Source: a virus
Lineage: Duplodnaviria > Caudoviricetes
DNA: 64,000 nt
Virus record (IMG/VR): IMGVR_UViG_3300014590_000001
Location: 1 to 64,000 of that record
Reading direction: 5' to 3' (one strand)
Below are positions 48,278 to 59,519 of the stretch, in pieces; position 1 is the stretch's first letter, and each line of letters starts with the position of its first letter. The notes below the pieces were generated by a model. It was not told the DNA's origin and did no database searches. It worked only from the letters and a program-made list of their open reading frames with translations. The position numbers and the translations under genes are program-made.

Positions 48278-48317
48278 GTTTCTGCCACTAATTTAACCAA
48301 TAAGAAAGGAGAATAAA

Positions 48318-48608
48318 ATGGGCAAACCTGTCATTCGATTGGGCGCTGATTTAACTACAGGTCACAACGGTTATCCTCCGGTAGTGGCAACTGGCGCAAG
48401 TGGGAATGTTTTTGTGAATGGTAAGGGCGTTGTTCGTACTGGCGATCCTTATCAACCGCATAAAAAGAAAAAGAAACCGTCACACATAGGTCACGCTATT
48501 GGCGGTGCAACTGTATTCGTGAATGGTAAACCTGCACAACGCGCAGGTGATGCAAATGATTGTGGCGATACTGCTTCAAACGGATCGCAAAACGTAGGAT
48601 TTGGCTGA
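48318..48608 (+). CDS. PAAR-domain spike tip protein
   Basis: 'TTGH..YPP', 'NVFVNGK.VVR.GD....H', 'VFVNGKPAQR.GD...CG'. Confidence 0.92.
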   Translation: MGKPVIRLGADLTTGHNGYPPVVATGASGNVFVNGKGVVRTGDPYQPHKKKKKPSHIGHAIGGATVFVNGKPAQRAGDANDCGDTASNGSQNVGFG

Positions 48609-49021
48609 TGGCAATTATCTCTAAACGTGTTGATGTGCCAGCTAACGAAGCTGTCTATTCAGATATCAGTATGGATATCAAAATGGAATTGCGTGATACC
48701 GTTCAGGATATGGATGCTATCACTCAAAAGATTTTATTTATAATCGGCACTCGCAAAGGCTCCCGCAAATATCGTGAGAAGTTTGGCTCGGACGTGTATA
48801 GAGATTTATTCGAACCTTTCGACGATAGCACCGCAGGATGGATTGAGACTCATATTACGAACGCATTGGAAGATGTTGATAACGGTCTGACTGCCGATGT
48901 GACAGACGTTAAAGTATCCGTGTATCGTTCCGTGAATCAAACGTATGAGTGTTCTGTTATGTGGAAAGTTCCAAAACTTCTCGAAAAGAACTCCGTTAAT
49001 TTCGCCTTGAGGCCATTATGA
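48608..49021 (+). CDS. Baseplate wedge gp25/gpW-like protein
   Basis: 'YSDI', 'I..I..IIGTRKG.R..R..FGS.V...LFEP.D'. Confidence 0.85.
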   Translation: MAIISKRVDVPANEAVYSDISMDIKMELRDTVQDMDAITQKILFIIGTRKGSRKYREKFGSDVYRDLFEPFDDSTAGWIETHITNALEDVDNGLTADVTDVKVSVYRSVNQTYECSVMWKVPKLLEKNSVNFALRPL

Positions 49022-50481
49022 CAATTCTTAATACTTTCACGACACACGAAGAATTTGCGCAGGATATTTTGCGCCGTCTTGCAGATTCGACTTATTGGAC
49101 GGATCAGCAAGTCAGTAGCATGACCAGTTTGCTTGCGGATGCGCTCGGTGATTTGGGTATCACTAACAGCACCGCAACGTTGATTGCTGCGCGTGAAGCA
49201 TTTATTCGTTTGGCGCGTCGCACAAGTTCTATTTATGCTGGCGCTCGTTTTCTCGGTGTGGATATTCAGCGTAAATCTTACGGCACTGTAACCGCACGAA
49301 TCACAAATACAGGCCGCAACAAAATCACGTTGGATAAGTTCGAACCTATCAGCGTCGGATCTTATAGCGGTCTGTTGGGTGAGATTACTCAGTGGGAAGC
49401 AGGTGAAACGAAAGAAGTTAGTGTGATCATTGGTACGCGTTTTAAATTCACGAAGTACCTGACTGAAACCGAAGATTACATGACTGTAGATCTCGGCACT
49501 GACAATTTCGAAATCACCGACGATCTGGAAGTGTGGTTAGAAACTCCTACAGGCCAAAAGATTGTTTACGAACGTTTCGACAAATGTTTGTTTGAGGCGT
49601 ATGAGAATCAAAACATCTTCCTCGATATCACAAAAGATGATGGCGATGTAATGATTCAGTTTGGCGGCGAACGCTGGGGATCTATTCCACCTCTCGGATA
49701 TACTCTCAACGTTGCGGCAACTCGCGCATTAGGTGCAACCGTTAACACGGATTCAGTCGGTTTCAAAGTTGCTTCTGTTAACTACGGCGTGTTGCAAGGC
49801 AAAACAATTTCAAGTATTTCCGGCGCGTCTGATGAACCATCACCAGACTACTACAGAAAGTTTGCGCCTGTTCTCGGACGTGCGAAAGGTAAACTAATCC
49901 GCCACGACGAATGGAAAGCTGCTATCAGTTTGTATCCTGACGTTGCTGATGTTGTGATTATGTCGCAGCGTGATATTGCTCCAAACGATAAGGAATGGAT
50001 GGGCGTTATTCGCGTTTGTGTTTTACCAAAAAATACTTCTACGTGGGGCGGCATTAATCCTTCGCCTGTCTCTGCGCAGTGGAATAAATTCTTAGCATGG
50101 ATCAACGACAAGTATCGTTCTGAACTTGAAATCCAAACGTGGAATCCGGATAAACTCGCAGCCGATGTTATTATCGAAGTTGCGTTGTTTGCTGATGCTC
50201 CTGGAACTCGCCAATCAAACACCGATAAACTTTCTGCCGCAGTAATGAAACTTTTCGAGCGCAAATCTGGTTCTCTCGGTAAACGTCTTGCCTTGTCGGA
50301 TATTATCGACGCTGTAAAATATGACCACACCGATCCGGACGAACCTGTTAAGCGCACCGAAGTGGATTATCTGAATGTGCTTAGTCCGGTGCAAGATTTA
50401 ATCCCTAACAGCAAACTGGAATACGTTGCTCTGCGTAACTTGCAAATCAACGTGACGTACAGCGAAAGGAATATGTCATGA
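49018..50481 (+). CDS. Baseplate wedge gp6/gpJ-like protein
   Basis: 'REAF..LA.R.SS...A..LG', 'IQFG...G..P', 'ISGA.DE....YR..AP'. Confidence 0.85.
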   Translation: MTILNTFTTHEEFAQDILRRLADSTYWTDQQVSSMTSLLADALGDLGITNSTATLIAAREAFIRLARRTSSIYAGARFLGVDIQRKSYGTVTARITNTGRNKITLDKFEPISVGSYSGLLGEITQWEAGETKEVSVIIGTRFKFTKYLTETEDYMTVDLGTDNFEITDDLEVWLETPTGQKIVYERFDKCLFEAYENQNIFLDITKDDGDVMIQFGGERWGSIPPLGYTLNVAATRALGATVNTDSVGFKVASVNYGVLQGKTISSISGASDEPSPDYYRKFAPVLGRAKGKLIRHDEWKAAISLYPDVADVVIMSQRDIAPNDKEWMGVIRVCVLPKNTSTWGGINPSPVSAQWNKFLAWINDKYRSELEIQTWNPDKLAADVIIEVALFADAPGTRQSNTDKLSAAVMKLFERKSGSLGKRLALSDIIDAVKYDHTDPDEPVKRTEVDYLNVLSPVQDLIPNSKLEYVALRNLQINVTYSERNMS

Positions 50482-53400
50482 AGTCACAAACTTCTGATTT
50501 CTTCTTAGACTTTATTCAGGACAATCCGGCGCTTGGTGAATTGTTTGATATCATTGGTCAGCACAATGATGATCTCAACATTTCTACTATTCAGCAATTG
50601 GTTGATTTGCGCCGCGTAGATAAAAACAGCACAACGGAAGTGCTGGAAGAAAGTGCTCAACAATTGGGTATCAACGTAACGCGTGATATCATGAGTTTCC
50701 GTAGCGAAGTATTCAAAAAGATTTTTGATACGCTTCCGGAATACAGCGAAGTCAGCGGTACAAAAGATTGGTCTAAATATGTTGCGATGATTCTCGGTGC
50801 AAACTTCGAAAGTTATCGTCTGTATACTAATGACTATCAAAGTTTCGTTCCTACTCCGCTTGGAACAATGATCAAAGACGGCGGCAGTTGGTACAAAACA
50901 ACCCACGTCGATCTTGAAGTGGATGCGCACCTGATTAATAGCGGCCTTGACCTGACAATCACTCGCGAAAGTAAAGCGGATATTGTCGCTGCGCTGATTA
51001 ACGTCGGTATGACTGAAACAGAAGCCGAAACATGGCACCTGAATCATATCGGTTTTGATCCGGTCAACATCGATCCTTATCAGAAAGCTGCACGTAACGT
51101 CATGTTCTTCCGTCGTACTGCTCAACTGTTTTATCAGTGGGCACCGATTGAAGAAGTGTTGCACGGCGTGTACACAACAATCAACATTGCCGCAGAAATT
51201 TATTGTGGCGCTCATGCTGTTGTTGAAAACGTTCGCCGCAGTTATGTAGGTAAGCCTCTCGTCGAACAACTGCAATTTATTCAGCCTGATTTTATTCACG
51301 GCGGCGAAGAGATTACTTTCGGCGTGAATGTGATGTACAGCGACGGCAGCGCAATCACCGAAGAAGTTTACGTTGAAGACCATGAAATGATTGAAAGCCG
51401 CAACGGAAATAAAGTTGTGTTCCGTGAGCCTATGGCAATCAGCACGATTGATCTTACTGTAACGTACAACGAAACTTCTCAGACAATCAGTGTGCGATTG
51501 TTTCCTCTCGGCATTGAACCCGATCCGGATGAAATCGAAATTGCTGTTAAAACTCTTTACGGCAATAGCAGTTCGCAAATCACTGTTTACGGTTTGTATG
51601 CCAACGGACAGAGGCGAGATATTACTGCGAGCGGTTCACTGATTATGGAATCAACTCTCGGATCGTTTAATGGTTCGCGTTTGGTTCTGCCTTATGTTCC
51701 GGCTGATACTGAAATCGTTATCGGCGCAAAATATCAGGGCATCTTCGACCACACTGACCATCGAAATTTCGTGGTGAAGAAAAGTGAAATGGAACTTATT
51801 CCAGTTTCAATTAGTATCACAACGCCTGACACAATCGAACAGGGAACGGATACGGAATTACGCGCATTCGTAACTTACAACGATGATACAAGTCGCTTGG
51901 TTGACCCGCAGTATTTGAGCACCAGTGAACATACTGATATCGTAGAAAACATGTTGCGCAGTGATATTCTGCGACAAGATTTTCTTTCTTCAGTTGCCGC
52001 GCAGTTTACGGATAACGGCGCTACGGTAAGCACTACCAAAACAATTAAGTTTTTAGCTCCTGCAACGAAACTTGCTGATTTGAATATCGTGTTGCCGTCT
52101 GTAATTCAGGAGAATGATAACGTTCAGCCAAAAGCAGTTGCGCTTTACGTGAAAGCAGATGCGACTCAAGATCAAATTGATAATCGTGATCCGACTGTCA
52201 TAGTTGAAGAAATTGAAGTTCAAGCGGAGTGGACAAGTTCTGCCGATCCTAGCGCTGGCGTACTCAACATTGTTGATATGAGTCGTGAAACAGGAAAGTT
52301 TGTTGCACCGCTTATTAATGATGGGTACGAAACTTTCTCTATCAATGCCGGAATCGCTGAAGGTAGCACTATCAAAACCTTCTCAAAGATTTTCGATATC
52401 TACAGCACGATTTATGTACCTCGCATTCTTAATCTGCTGTCTGCTGGAAAACTTAATTCCGGTCAGTCGATGAATCTTCCGGTTTCGTGTGAGTGGAATA
52501 CAAAGCAAGTTGCTTATGCTGACGTGAAGATTTCAGTAGAATTTATTCCCTCTCCTTCGGCTCAAGCTGAAGCCTACAAGCGTATTGTAGCCTTGCAGGA
52601 AGAAGCGATTAAGAACGGTCAAGACCCTACTCAATTTGATCCGCACAATCCGGATTATAAACGATGGGTAACTCTGAATGTTACTGACAGTGCTCAGTCC
52701 ATTGAAGATCCGTTCAATGAAGTTACGGCAAAAATGAAGCAACTGTATTTCAGAGGTGACTTGCATGGAAGTGCAAAACTCACAATTGAATATACGTATG
52801 GAAACACTACGATTGAAGACACTCGCGAAATTGTTTTGATTCCAATTCGCAGTCTGGTGAGTAGCGTTGAAATTGAATGCTATGATGTGCTGTTTGAAAA
52901 GTCGCGTACCTTTGCCCGTCTATTTGCAACTTACGAGGACGGATCTCAAGAATATGTTCAGGCTGCAAACTGGTCGGCATCGTGGCCAGGACAAGACGAA
53001 GACGATTATGAACAAATCAAGTTTATGCCGTCTACGTACAGCGGTATGAATGTTGTTGAAATTCTTGAAGGGAAAACTCCAACAACGTTTGCTCAATTCA
53101 AGGCGATGGAAGCTGCAAAACTTCCAATGCTGATTAACATCGGCTCGCTCAACGAATTAAACACAACGTTCTTTGATGGCGCTATTGTTCAGGTCAACAA
53201 GTTGGAAGTTGACAGCTACGCAAGTTTGAATGCTCGGTTCTATCGTACCGAAACTTCTCTGCCTGTTATGCTGCGTATTCCCGATCCGCAAAGTATCAAT
53301 ACGATTCTTTCTGCTCGTATTGATGGATCAACCTCTATCAGTGCTGAAGTTCAATCCGAATCGTATGCGCTCGTATGTACTTTTGAAATGCCTGGGGTTG

Positions 53401-55001
53401 TTCGCAACATGGACGGCACCTACGGAAATATTCCAAAGACAACTTACGATGCAGAAATGACGTGTGATTGGTTTATTACGGATCATTACACGTTGGACAT
53501 TACAAACAATCAACGCACTCTCATTCCATCCAATACTCCTGTTGCAGTCATTGATGCTGAAGGTGATTTAACTCCTTCTCAAAACGCCAACACTGCTGTA
53601 AGAATTCGCGCTCGTTATCAATGTGATGGCTATAGTATCGAAAGATTCTTGCTGGTGTATATCACGAAAGCGAACACGTATCTTTTGTCGATGGGAATTA
53701 CAGGACAGGAAGATGTGTGGGATGTTCCAGAGCGAAATCCAACTTTGGAATATAAAAACGGACAGTGGTACATTCCTTATGGCTATCGCGTCAATTTAAA
53801 TACGGGCGAAGAAATTGTTGGGAATGAAGGTACTTGGATTATCGGTGACGATACCGATGTTGAAGCAGTTTCAATTGATAGCCCTTCTGGACATTTAACC
53901 ATTGGTAGTGGTCAGTTGTCGGACGGTAAGATTCGTATTGATTGCGAGTTCGTAAAAATCAATCCTGAATCCGCGCAGAACGAAACGATTCGTGCATCAC
54001 GCGTTATCAATATGAAAAGCTCACGTACAATCGAAGTAGCAGAAGTTTCTGCTCCTGCGGAAACGTTTACTCCAAACAATAAGTACCAGTTGCTTGTGGA
54101 GTATATTCGCAGAAGTGGCGCGAAAGGTACAAACGTTTCTCCTGATGCAAGTAGCGTAAACTTTTCATGGACGATCATTAAATCCTCGCCTGGGTTTAGT
54201 GTAGATTCAAAAGGAGTATTTACTTTCGCACCTGCTGATGACATTCAGAACGTTACTGTTCGCTGTACTCTGCGTGAGCAACGCACGGTGATTGAGCGTG
54301 ATATTGATCTGACTTGTTTGAAAATTGGATATCCGCAAGATCTCACTCTCACTGGTTTCTCTAACGTTCGCGACGATAGTAAATTCCAGTTGAAAGCGTT
54401 GCTCGGACGTTCAGGAACTTTCAACAAAGAAGATGTGAGCGCGTTAGCTTTATGGCAAGTGACGAATGATCGAGGCGACACTATTGATGTTCAGGGTGTT
54501 AGTGTTGATCAGCGTGGAAACGTTACAATCGGTTCTCTGTTAGTAGATACAAAGTTTGGCATTCGCTGCACCTATATCGAAAACAAAGTTCGACTGTCTC
54601 AGATTCAATATATCACTGCGCACAGTAGCTATCCGTATTACGGCACCGCTCCATTTGGTATTGCTAACCTTGCACAAGCGGAACAAAATCTTACTGCACG
54701 TCTGCGAAGTAATGTTGGCGGCACGTTTGTATTTTCTCCGCGCACAAATGAGTACGGATATTTTATGAGTCCTGCTCGTTATGGATCTGCGCAGTTCGGC
54801 GCTGCTTCAGATTCGCAGGGGCAAGTGAATACTGCATGGAAAGGAATGGATGGCGCTCGCTGGCCTGTAACTGGCAGCGATGGAAAAACTGGCCCTCTTT
54901 CTCTTCAGAAAGTTTACGACAATGTGACTGAAACTTTATATCTGTATCGATCTAACGAACGTGCTTTCGGCTCGGCAGTTATGACGGTGCGGTATTCATA
55001 A
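50478..55001 (+). CDS. Baseplate wedge gp7/gpI-like protein fused to an Ig-like repeat array
   Basis: Follows gp6-like; N-terminal 'A.QLG', 'SGT', 'WYKTTHV', 'FYQWAPI'; then Ig-like repeats and a C-terminal domain shared with 2268..5357. Confidence 0.7.
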   Translation: MKSQTSDFFLDFIQDNPALGELFDIIGQHNDDLNISTIQQLVDLRRVDKNSTTEVLEESAQQLGINVTRDIMSFRSEVFKKIFDTLPEYSEVSGTKDWSKYVAMILGANFESYRLYTNDYQSFVPTPLGTMIKDGGSWYKTTHVDLEVDAHLINSGLDLTITRESKADIVAALINVGMTETEAETWHLNHIGFDPVNIDPYQKAARNVMFFRRTAQLFYQWAPIEEVLHGVYTTINIAAEIYCGAHAVVENVRRSYVGKPLVEQLQFIQPDFIHGGEEITFGVNVMYSDGSAITEEVYVEDHEMIESRNGNKVVFREPMAISTIDLTVTYNETSQTISVRLFPLGIEPDPDEIEIAVKTLYGNSSSQITVYGLYANGQRRDITASGSLIMESTLGSFNGSRLVLPYVPADTEIVIGAKYQGIFDHTDHRNFVVKKSEMELIPVSISITTPDTIEQGTDTELRAFVTYNDDTSRLVDPQYLSTSEHTDIVENMLRSDILRQDFLSSVAAQFTDNGATVSTTKTIKFLAPATKLADLNIVLPSVIQENDNVQPKAVALYVKADATQDQIDNRDPTVIVEEIEVQAEWTSSADPSAGVLNIVDMSRETGKFVAPLINDGYETFSINAGIAEGSTIKTFSKIFDIYSTIYVPRILNLLSAGKLNSGQSMNLPVSCEWNTKQVAYADVKISVEFIPSPSAQAEAYKRIVALQEEAIKNGQDPTQFDPHNPDYKRWVTLNVTDSAQSIEDPFNEVTAKMKQLYFRGDLHGSAKLTIEYTYGNTTIEDTREIVLIPIRSLVSSVEIECYDVLFEKSRTFARLFATYEDGSQEYVQAANWSASWPGQDEDDYEQIKFMPSTYSGMNVVEILEGKTPTTFAQFKAMEAAKLPMLINIGSLNELNTTFFDGAIVQVNKLEVDSYASLNARFYRTETSLPVMLRIPDPQSINTILSARIDGSTSISAEVQSESYALVCTFEMPGVVRNMDGTYGNIPKTTYDAEMTCDWFITDHYTLDITNNQRTLIPSNTPVAVIDAEGDLTPSQNANTAVRIRARYQCDGYSIERFLLVYITKANTYLLSMGITGQEDVWDVPERNPTLEYKNGQWYIPYGYRVNLNTGEEIVGNEGTWIIGDDTDVEAVSIDSPSGHLTIGSGQLSDGKIRIDCEFVKINPESAQNETIRASRVINMKSSRTIEVAEVSAPAETFTPNNKYQLLVEYIRRSGAKGTNVSPDASSVNFSWTIIKSSPGFSVDSKGVFTFAPADDIQNVTVRCTLREQRTVIERDIDLTCLKIGYPQDLTLTGFSNVRDDSKFQLKALLGRSGTFNKEDVSALALWQVTNDRGDTIDVQGVSVDQRGNVTIGSLLVDTKFGIRCTYIENKVRLSQIQYITAHSSYPYYGTAPFGIANLAQAEQNLTARLRSNVGGTFVFSPRTNEYGYFMSPARYGSAQFGAASDSQGQVNTAWKGMDGARWPVTGSDGKTGPLSLQKVYDNVTETLYLYRSNERAFGSAVMTVRYS

Positions 55002-55006
55002 ATTGC

Positions 55007-55030
55007 GGCGGGCTTCGGCTCGCCCTATTA
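55007..55030 (+). terminator. Hairpin/weak terminator
   Basis: GGCGGGC-ttcg-GCTCGCC (UUCG loop), poor U tract. Confidence 0.5.
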
Positions 55031-55040
55031 GGAGACACGT

Positions 55041-56123
55041 ATGAAATTTGTGGCACCTAATGCTGTCCCTCGGCTGAAAAGAAATTTTGCTTCAGCATTA
55101 GATCGAATGTTTTTCTTTGATGACCAAACTGATCAAAGCGAACTCAATATAAACAACTGGCATGAATTGTTTCCTAAAGTTCGCGCAGGTAGTTACAAGT
55201 TTGAAAGTGGTGTTTGGAAAACTGGACAAGTTCAAGGCCAGTACAATTCATCAAAATATTATCCTGCAAACTTAGGCAAGTTGCCTGATATGACCAGCAC
55301 TGCGAGTTGGTCTACTGAAAGCTACAGTAACGTTTCTATTCCAGTTTCAAAACCTAACGATATGTTGGATTTTCTGACATTCGATCCTGAATCGACCGAT
55401 CCTGTAAACAAGCCTTTAGGTCTTACGCCAAAGAAACTTTATAGTTGGGGAGGAAATGGATATTCCGCGCCTGATGGTAGAATTCTTTATGCAATGAAAC
55501 CTTTAAACAATTCCGGCGCTACAGCATTTGGTAAGTTGGAAACTCCGTTCTCGAAAACTAATATGAATTACACTTCAGGCGGTGGCTATAACAGTACGTG
55601 GAAAAACTATACCGGAAGATTTGGTGTAACGCGTGTTGTTCCGAAAACAGTGAATGGAAAAGCTGACGCGGATGTTACTTCGGCAGGTGTCACTTTATGG
55701 AACCAACTCGATCCAAACATAAGCTATATTCTTAGTGGTGCGGTTCCTGCAACGCTGATTATATTTGAACGTGTTGAGTTGTATAGTTTTCAGCAAATTT
55801 ATGCCGCAGGTTCTGGCGCTGGCACTCGTTATGATTATAACTACTATAACTTTCGAAATTTGCAAAGTGTTGTTGCGCCAGATAACACTACCTTCAATGA
55901 GGCAAATGCAAAAGCGATCTACTATCCCATTAATGGAACACCGGAAACTCCAAACATTACATGGGGCGCAATCTTAATGCAATGGATGAAAGAGCGCGTA
56001 TTTTTAAAACTGGATGAAAATGACATTGTTGGTAAGATAGCAACGCCTGGGACTAGCGCTCAGATTACGGCGCAGAAAACTTTTGTAGCTCCAGTCACTG
56101 ATCAACAAATCTTCTTGATGTAA
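55041..56123 (+). CDS. Hypothetical tail/baseplate-associated protein
   Basis: AGGAG RBS; flanked by hairpins; Asn/Tyr/Gly/Thr-rich. Confidence 0.5.
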   Translation: MKFVAPNAVPRLKRNFASALDRMFFFDDQTDQSELNINNWHELFPKVRAGSYKFESGVWKTGQVQGQYNSSKYYPANLGKLPDMTSTASWSTESYSNVSIPVSKPNDMLDFLTFDPESTDPVNKPLGLTPKKLYSWGGNGYSAPDGRILYAMKPLNNSGATAFGKLETPFSKTNMNYTSGGGYNSTWKNYTGRFGVTRVVPKTVNGKADADVTSAGVTLWNQLDPNISYILSGAVPATLIIFERVELYSFQQIYAAGSGAGTRYDYNYYNFRNLQSVVAPDNTTFNEANAKAIYYPINGTPETPNITWGAILMQWMKERVFLKLDENDIVGKIATPGTSAQITAQKTFVAPVTDQQIFLM

Positions 56124-56135
56124 AACGAAACTTTT

Positions 56136-56160
56136 GGGTGGCCTTTTGGCTGCCCTTTTT
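56136..56160 (+). terminator. Rho-independent terminator
   Basis: GGGTGGCC-tttt-GGCTGCCC-TTTTT. Confidence 0.85.
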
Positions 56161-56210
56161 CTTTTCTGTACTGCATAACACTAATTTTAAAGGACTAATC
56201 CAAAGGAGTA

Positions 56211-58538
56211 ATGAGAATGGCATCACAATCAATCTATGTTGATGCGCTTCGACTGACAACAATCGGTGAACAGGCCGTTGCTTCCGCGAACGCGGGTGGC
56301 ATCGTTGTAAAACCCATTGCTTTTAAGGTCGGTGATTTCACAGGCTCGCAGCCTAGCGCTACGCCGACGCAACTCTTAGGCAAAGAGCTTGCATCCGGTC
56401 AACTTTCTTTTGTTCAGATTCAAAGTGAAAACTCTGCACGTTTTGTTTTCGATGTTTCTATCGAATATAAAAACAATGAAGAGATTAAATCTGTTGGTGA
56501 AATTCTCATATTGCTCGAAGACGGACGCGCTTTCGGGCATGTTGTGCTTTCTAACCCAATTATGGTGGTTCCTAACAGTGCTGCGCGTATCAGTTTGCTT
56601 GTTCATATCAAACAAGACATTCAAAAAATTCTTGATGTGACGATGTATGACTACGCGACAATTCCTTCTGTTGCGACTCTCGCGAATCTTCCTTCTTCCA
56701 ACAATAACCAGTTCAATGCGATCAGCGTTTTAGATTTGCATGTGAACAGTGATGGAAGTAAAAGCCCAGGCACCGCATTCCGTTATGGCGCAGGTGGATA
56801 TAATTGGGGCTTCAGCGAACATGATCGCGTTTATGCAAAAGCACTCGGCGCAGATTTTATTAACGCGAATACTTTCAACACAAGTTTGAAACTTTCGCAG
56901 GATGAAATTGTAATCGTTCAAACTATTAGTGGCCCCGGCACTGGCGCGTGTCGTCACTATAAATATAAGAACGGACAATTAATCAATCAGGAAAAAGCAA
57001 TTCCGTTTATCAGTTCTGCAACTACAGTCGCAGTATGGAAACGAATTGTGAATCCAATTGTTCCGACTGCTGGTATTCCGTGGCCTGAAAACAGCGAAGT
57101 TCCTCCTGAATGGGCGCTGTTCCGTGGCGAAGATGGAAAACCTTATTGGGGGCCAATCGCAGGAGGCAATCGCCAAAGTACCGCAACGCTGTTTACTCCT
57201 CCGGGAAAACTTTTATTCAGTAGCGTTGTAACTACGGGAACAACTGACACACTCACTTATGCACTGTCAGATGAAATTGATAGCGCAACCGATTTACTTC
57301 TCGGCACAAGCGGCGTACTGCAACCGCGCACCGCATACGAAGTTCGCGGAAGAGAGTTAGGTCTGTCAGAATTTCTTCCTGCTGCAATGACTCTGGATGT
57401 GCGTCAATTCCGTTTGGAACCATCGCAAGGTCACGTTGTTCTGTTCGAAGTTTATGACTTTGTTGGCGACGGACAAACGAGTGAATTCAAGTTAGGAAAT
57501 CTTCCGGTTGAAAGCGTCGATCATATCTTTGCGGTAGTCGGAAATATCTGGCAACCAACAACCGTGTACAAACTGAATAACGGAAACCGTTTAAAGTTTG
57601 TTGATGCAATTCCTTCAGGTCAAAAAGTTTCGCTGTATGTTGCACGTCACGAAGAACGCGCAGGTTGGTCTTCGCGTATTCGCGTAGCAACTTTCAAACT
57701 GCCATTCGGTACAGATACTTTTGAACTTCCAATTACTCCGCTGAATAAAGCGCATGTGATTGCGAACTTAGGCGGCCTTGCTAGTCACTCAAGTGATTTC
57801 ACGTTAGTAGGCAGCACAGTTAAATTTAGTTCGAACGTTAAACAAGACACGTTGGTTGAATTCACCGTGTTTGAAAACGTTAAAAGTATCGGCAGCAAAG
57901 ACACGAATATCGAAGGTGTGATCGTTGATGTTATCGCTACACCAACGGGTTACATGTTTAAACGTCAAGGCATGACTGCATTGCATGTTCCGATGTTTAC
58001 TCCAGATATTCGCGCAGGAAAAGGAATCACAATCGAAGGTGTTTGGCCTTTCGTGAAGATTCATTCCGATGCAGCGATGGCTGAAGAAGATGATCCGAAA
58101 GCAATCTACAACATTCAGCAACGCGTTGAAGATAGCGAAGAGATTGTTATTACTCAGCGTATCTCTTTCAACAAAGGTGTGACGATTAGCGCAACCGCAG
58201 ATTTTCAGGCGCAGTTAGGGCCAGGATTTGCTGTAGCAGTTGGCAACGAACATATTGAATTTGTTCTTGCGTCGAAAACTCCTGGGACAGATGCACCGGA
58301 ATATGGGCGCGGCGTGAAAGGTACTGGTGCTGCTGGTTTGTCAGTAGTGAATCCAAACAGCACAGAATCAATTGCCTACGGTAACGCAAGCATCACGCAA
58401 ATGTACGATCTGATTCGTGATAATCATCCGGCGGGATATGTTGAAATCGTTGCGAAGATGCGTATCAGCAATGCGATGGTTGGTAACTATCCTTCGAAAC
58501 TTGTTGCGAATCTTTGCATTAAGGTGGAACCACGATGA
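56211..58538 (+). CDS. Tail fibre attachment/baseplate fibre protein
   Basis: 'LTTIGEQA...A..GG.....F.VGD' fibre N-terminus; repeated 'GDG.T..F.L....V..GV.Q.....Y' units. Confidence 0.7.
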   Translation: MRMASQSIYVDALRLTTIGEQAVASANAGGIVVKPIAFKVGDFTGSQPSATPTQLLGKELASGQLSFVQIQSENSARFVFDVSIEYKNNEEIKSVGEILILLEDGRAFGHVVLSNPIMVVPNSAARISLLVHIKQDIQKILDVTMYDYATIPSVATLANLPSSNNNQFNAISVLDLHVNSDGSKSPGTAFRYGAGGYNWGFSEHDRVYAKALGADFINANTFNTSLKLSQDEIVIVQTISGPGTGACRHYKYKNGQLINQEKAIPFISSATTVAVWKRIVNPIVPTAGIPWPENSEVPPEWALFRGEDGKPYWGPIAGGNRQSTATLFTPPGKLLFSSVVTTGTTDTLTYALSDEIDSATDLLLGTSGVLQPRTAYEVRGRELGLSEFLPAAMTLDVRQFRLEPSQGHVVLFEVYDFVGDGQTSEFKLGNLPVESVDHIFAVVGNIWQPTTVYKLNNGNRLKFVDAIPSGQKVSLYVARHEERAGWSSRIRVATFKLPFGTDTFELPITPLNKAHVIANLGGLASHSSDFTLVGSTVKFSSNVKQDTLVEFTVFENVKSIGSKDTNIEGVIVDVIATPTGYMFKRQGMTALHVPMFTPDIRAGKGITIEGVWPFVKIHSDAAMAEEDDPKAIYNIQQRVEDSEEIVITQRISFNKGVTISATADFQAQLGPGFAVAVGNEHIEFVLASKTPGTDAPEYGRGVKGTGAAGLSVVNPNSTESIAYGNASITQMYDLIRDNHPAGYVEIVAKMRISNAMVGNYPSKLVANLCIKVEPR

Positions 58539-59509
58539 CCGGACTTCTGCGATTAGATCAGGTTAAAACTTATGGCGATGAAGACGGAAAAGAACTTGTC
58601 GCCGGAGAAAATCTTTCTTTCGTAGATACGGATTCACTGAAGAACACTCAAATCGCTGACATAAAGTTTGATTCGAAAACTGGAATTTTAGTTATCATCA
58701 AACGCAATGGGAAGATCGTTAATATCTCTGGTCTTCCCACTGTTAGTTTATTGGGCGAAGGATTAACTGGCGGTAAAGGTGCCCCAGGAAAAGCAGGACG
58801 CGACGGAAGAAAAGGACGCGACGGATCAACTGGCCCTCGCGGAAATACTGGCGAGCGTGGAGTAAAAGGAAAACCCGGCCCCGATGGAGAAGATGGAGTT
58901 GATGGAGTTGATGGCGATGATGGTTATCGCGGCAACATCGGAAATCCTGGGCCGCAGGGGGCAACTGGTGCAACTGGTCCAACTGGCCCTGATGGTCCGG
59001 CGGGCGAAGATGGGCCAAGTTGTATTAGTGGTGCAACTGGTCCAACTGGCCCTGCACCAAATACACAAGTTGTTGTTCAAGGCGGATCTGTTCCGCCAAC
59101 ACAAAAAACAACTTTCGCTTGGTGTTTTCCAATCGCAACAACAAATCCAATTCCTGTTTTACCTTCCGTTCCTTCAATCAGTGCTTCTGTATCTAATATC
59201 GATCTTGTTGCAACACGCGTTGTTGCAGGTAATGATTTGTTTAATGTTCAGGCGTATTTGCCTGTTAACGTTCGAGGTGGTAGCGGAAACTACGCATACA
59301 AGTGGACGTTAAGTGCGATGGAAAGCACATCATTAAAAGGCGTGACAGACAGAATTGTTCAAGTTGTTTTTAACGGAAAAGTAGACCCAGGAAAAACACT
59401 TTCACTTGTTGCAACATTAACGTGCGTGATTACGGATATGGGGCAAAGTTCTCGTCCTACTGCAACGGTGAGATCTACAATTCGATTGACTGCACGTAAC
59501 CCTAAATAG
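58535..59509 (+). CDS. Collagen-like fibre protein 1 with C-terminal Ig-like domain
   Basis: Long Gly-X-Y run ([10 protein letters not shown]...[10 protein letters not shown]). Confidence 0.85.
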   Translation: MTGLLRLDQVKTYGDEDGKELVAGENLSFVDTDSLKNTQIADIKFDSKTGILVIIKRNGKIVNISGLPTVSLLGEGLTGGKGAPGKAGRDGRKGRDGSTGPRGNTGERGVKGKPGPDGEDGVDGVDGDDGYRGNIGNPGPQGATGATGPTGPDGPAGEDGPSCISGATGPTGPAPNTQVVVQGGSVPPTQKTTFAWCFPIATTNPIPVLPSVPSISASVSNIDLVATRVVAGNDLFNVQAYLPVNVRGGSGNYAYKWTLSAMESTSLKGVTDRIVQVVFNGKVDPGKTLSLVATLTCVITDMGQSSRPTATVRSTIRLTARNPK

Positions 59510-59519
59510 AGGAAAAGTT

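Noticed and set aside
46092-48300. tRNA, tmRNA or RNase P genes
   Set aside because: No cloverleaf with a TTCRA T-loop and acceptor stem, and no tmRNA or RNase P terminal signatures seen by eye.
47922-48316. ORFs 47922..48233 and 48098..48316, and minus ORFs 47157..47423 and 47305..47823
   Set aside because: No RBS, atypical composition, and they overlap dense RNA hairpins, a terminator or real + strand genes.
50505-51578. Long minus-strand ORFs (357 aa here; 7114..8052; 2958..3842)
   Set aside because: Antisense shadows of codon-biased structural genes with no recognisable motifs.
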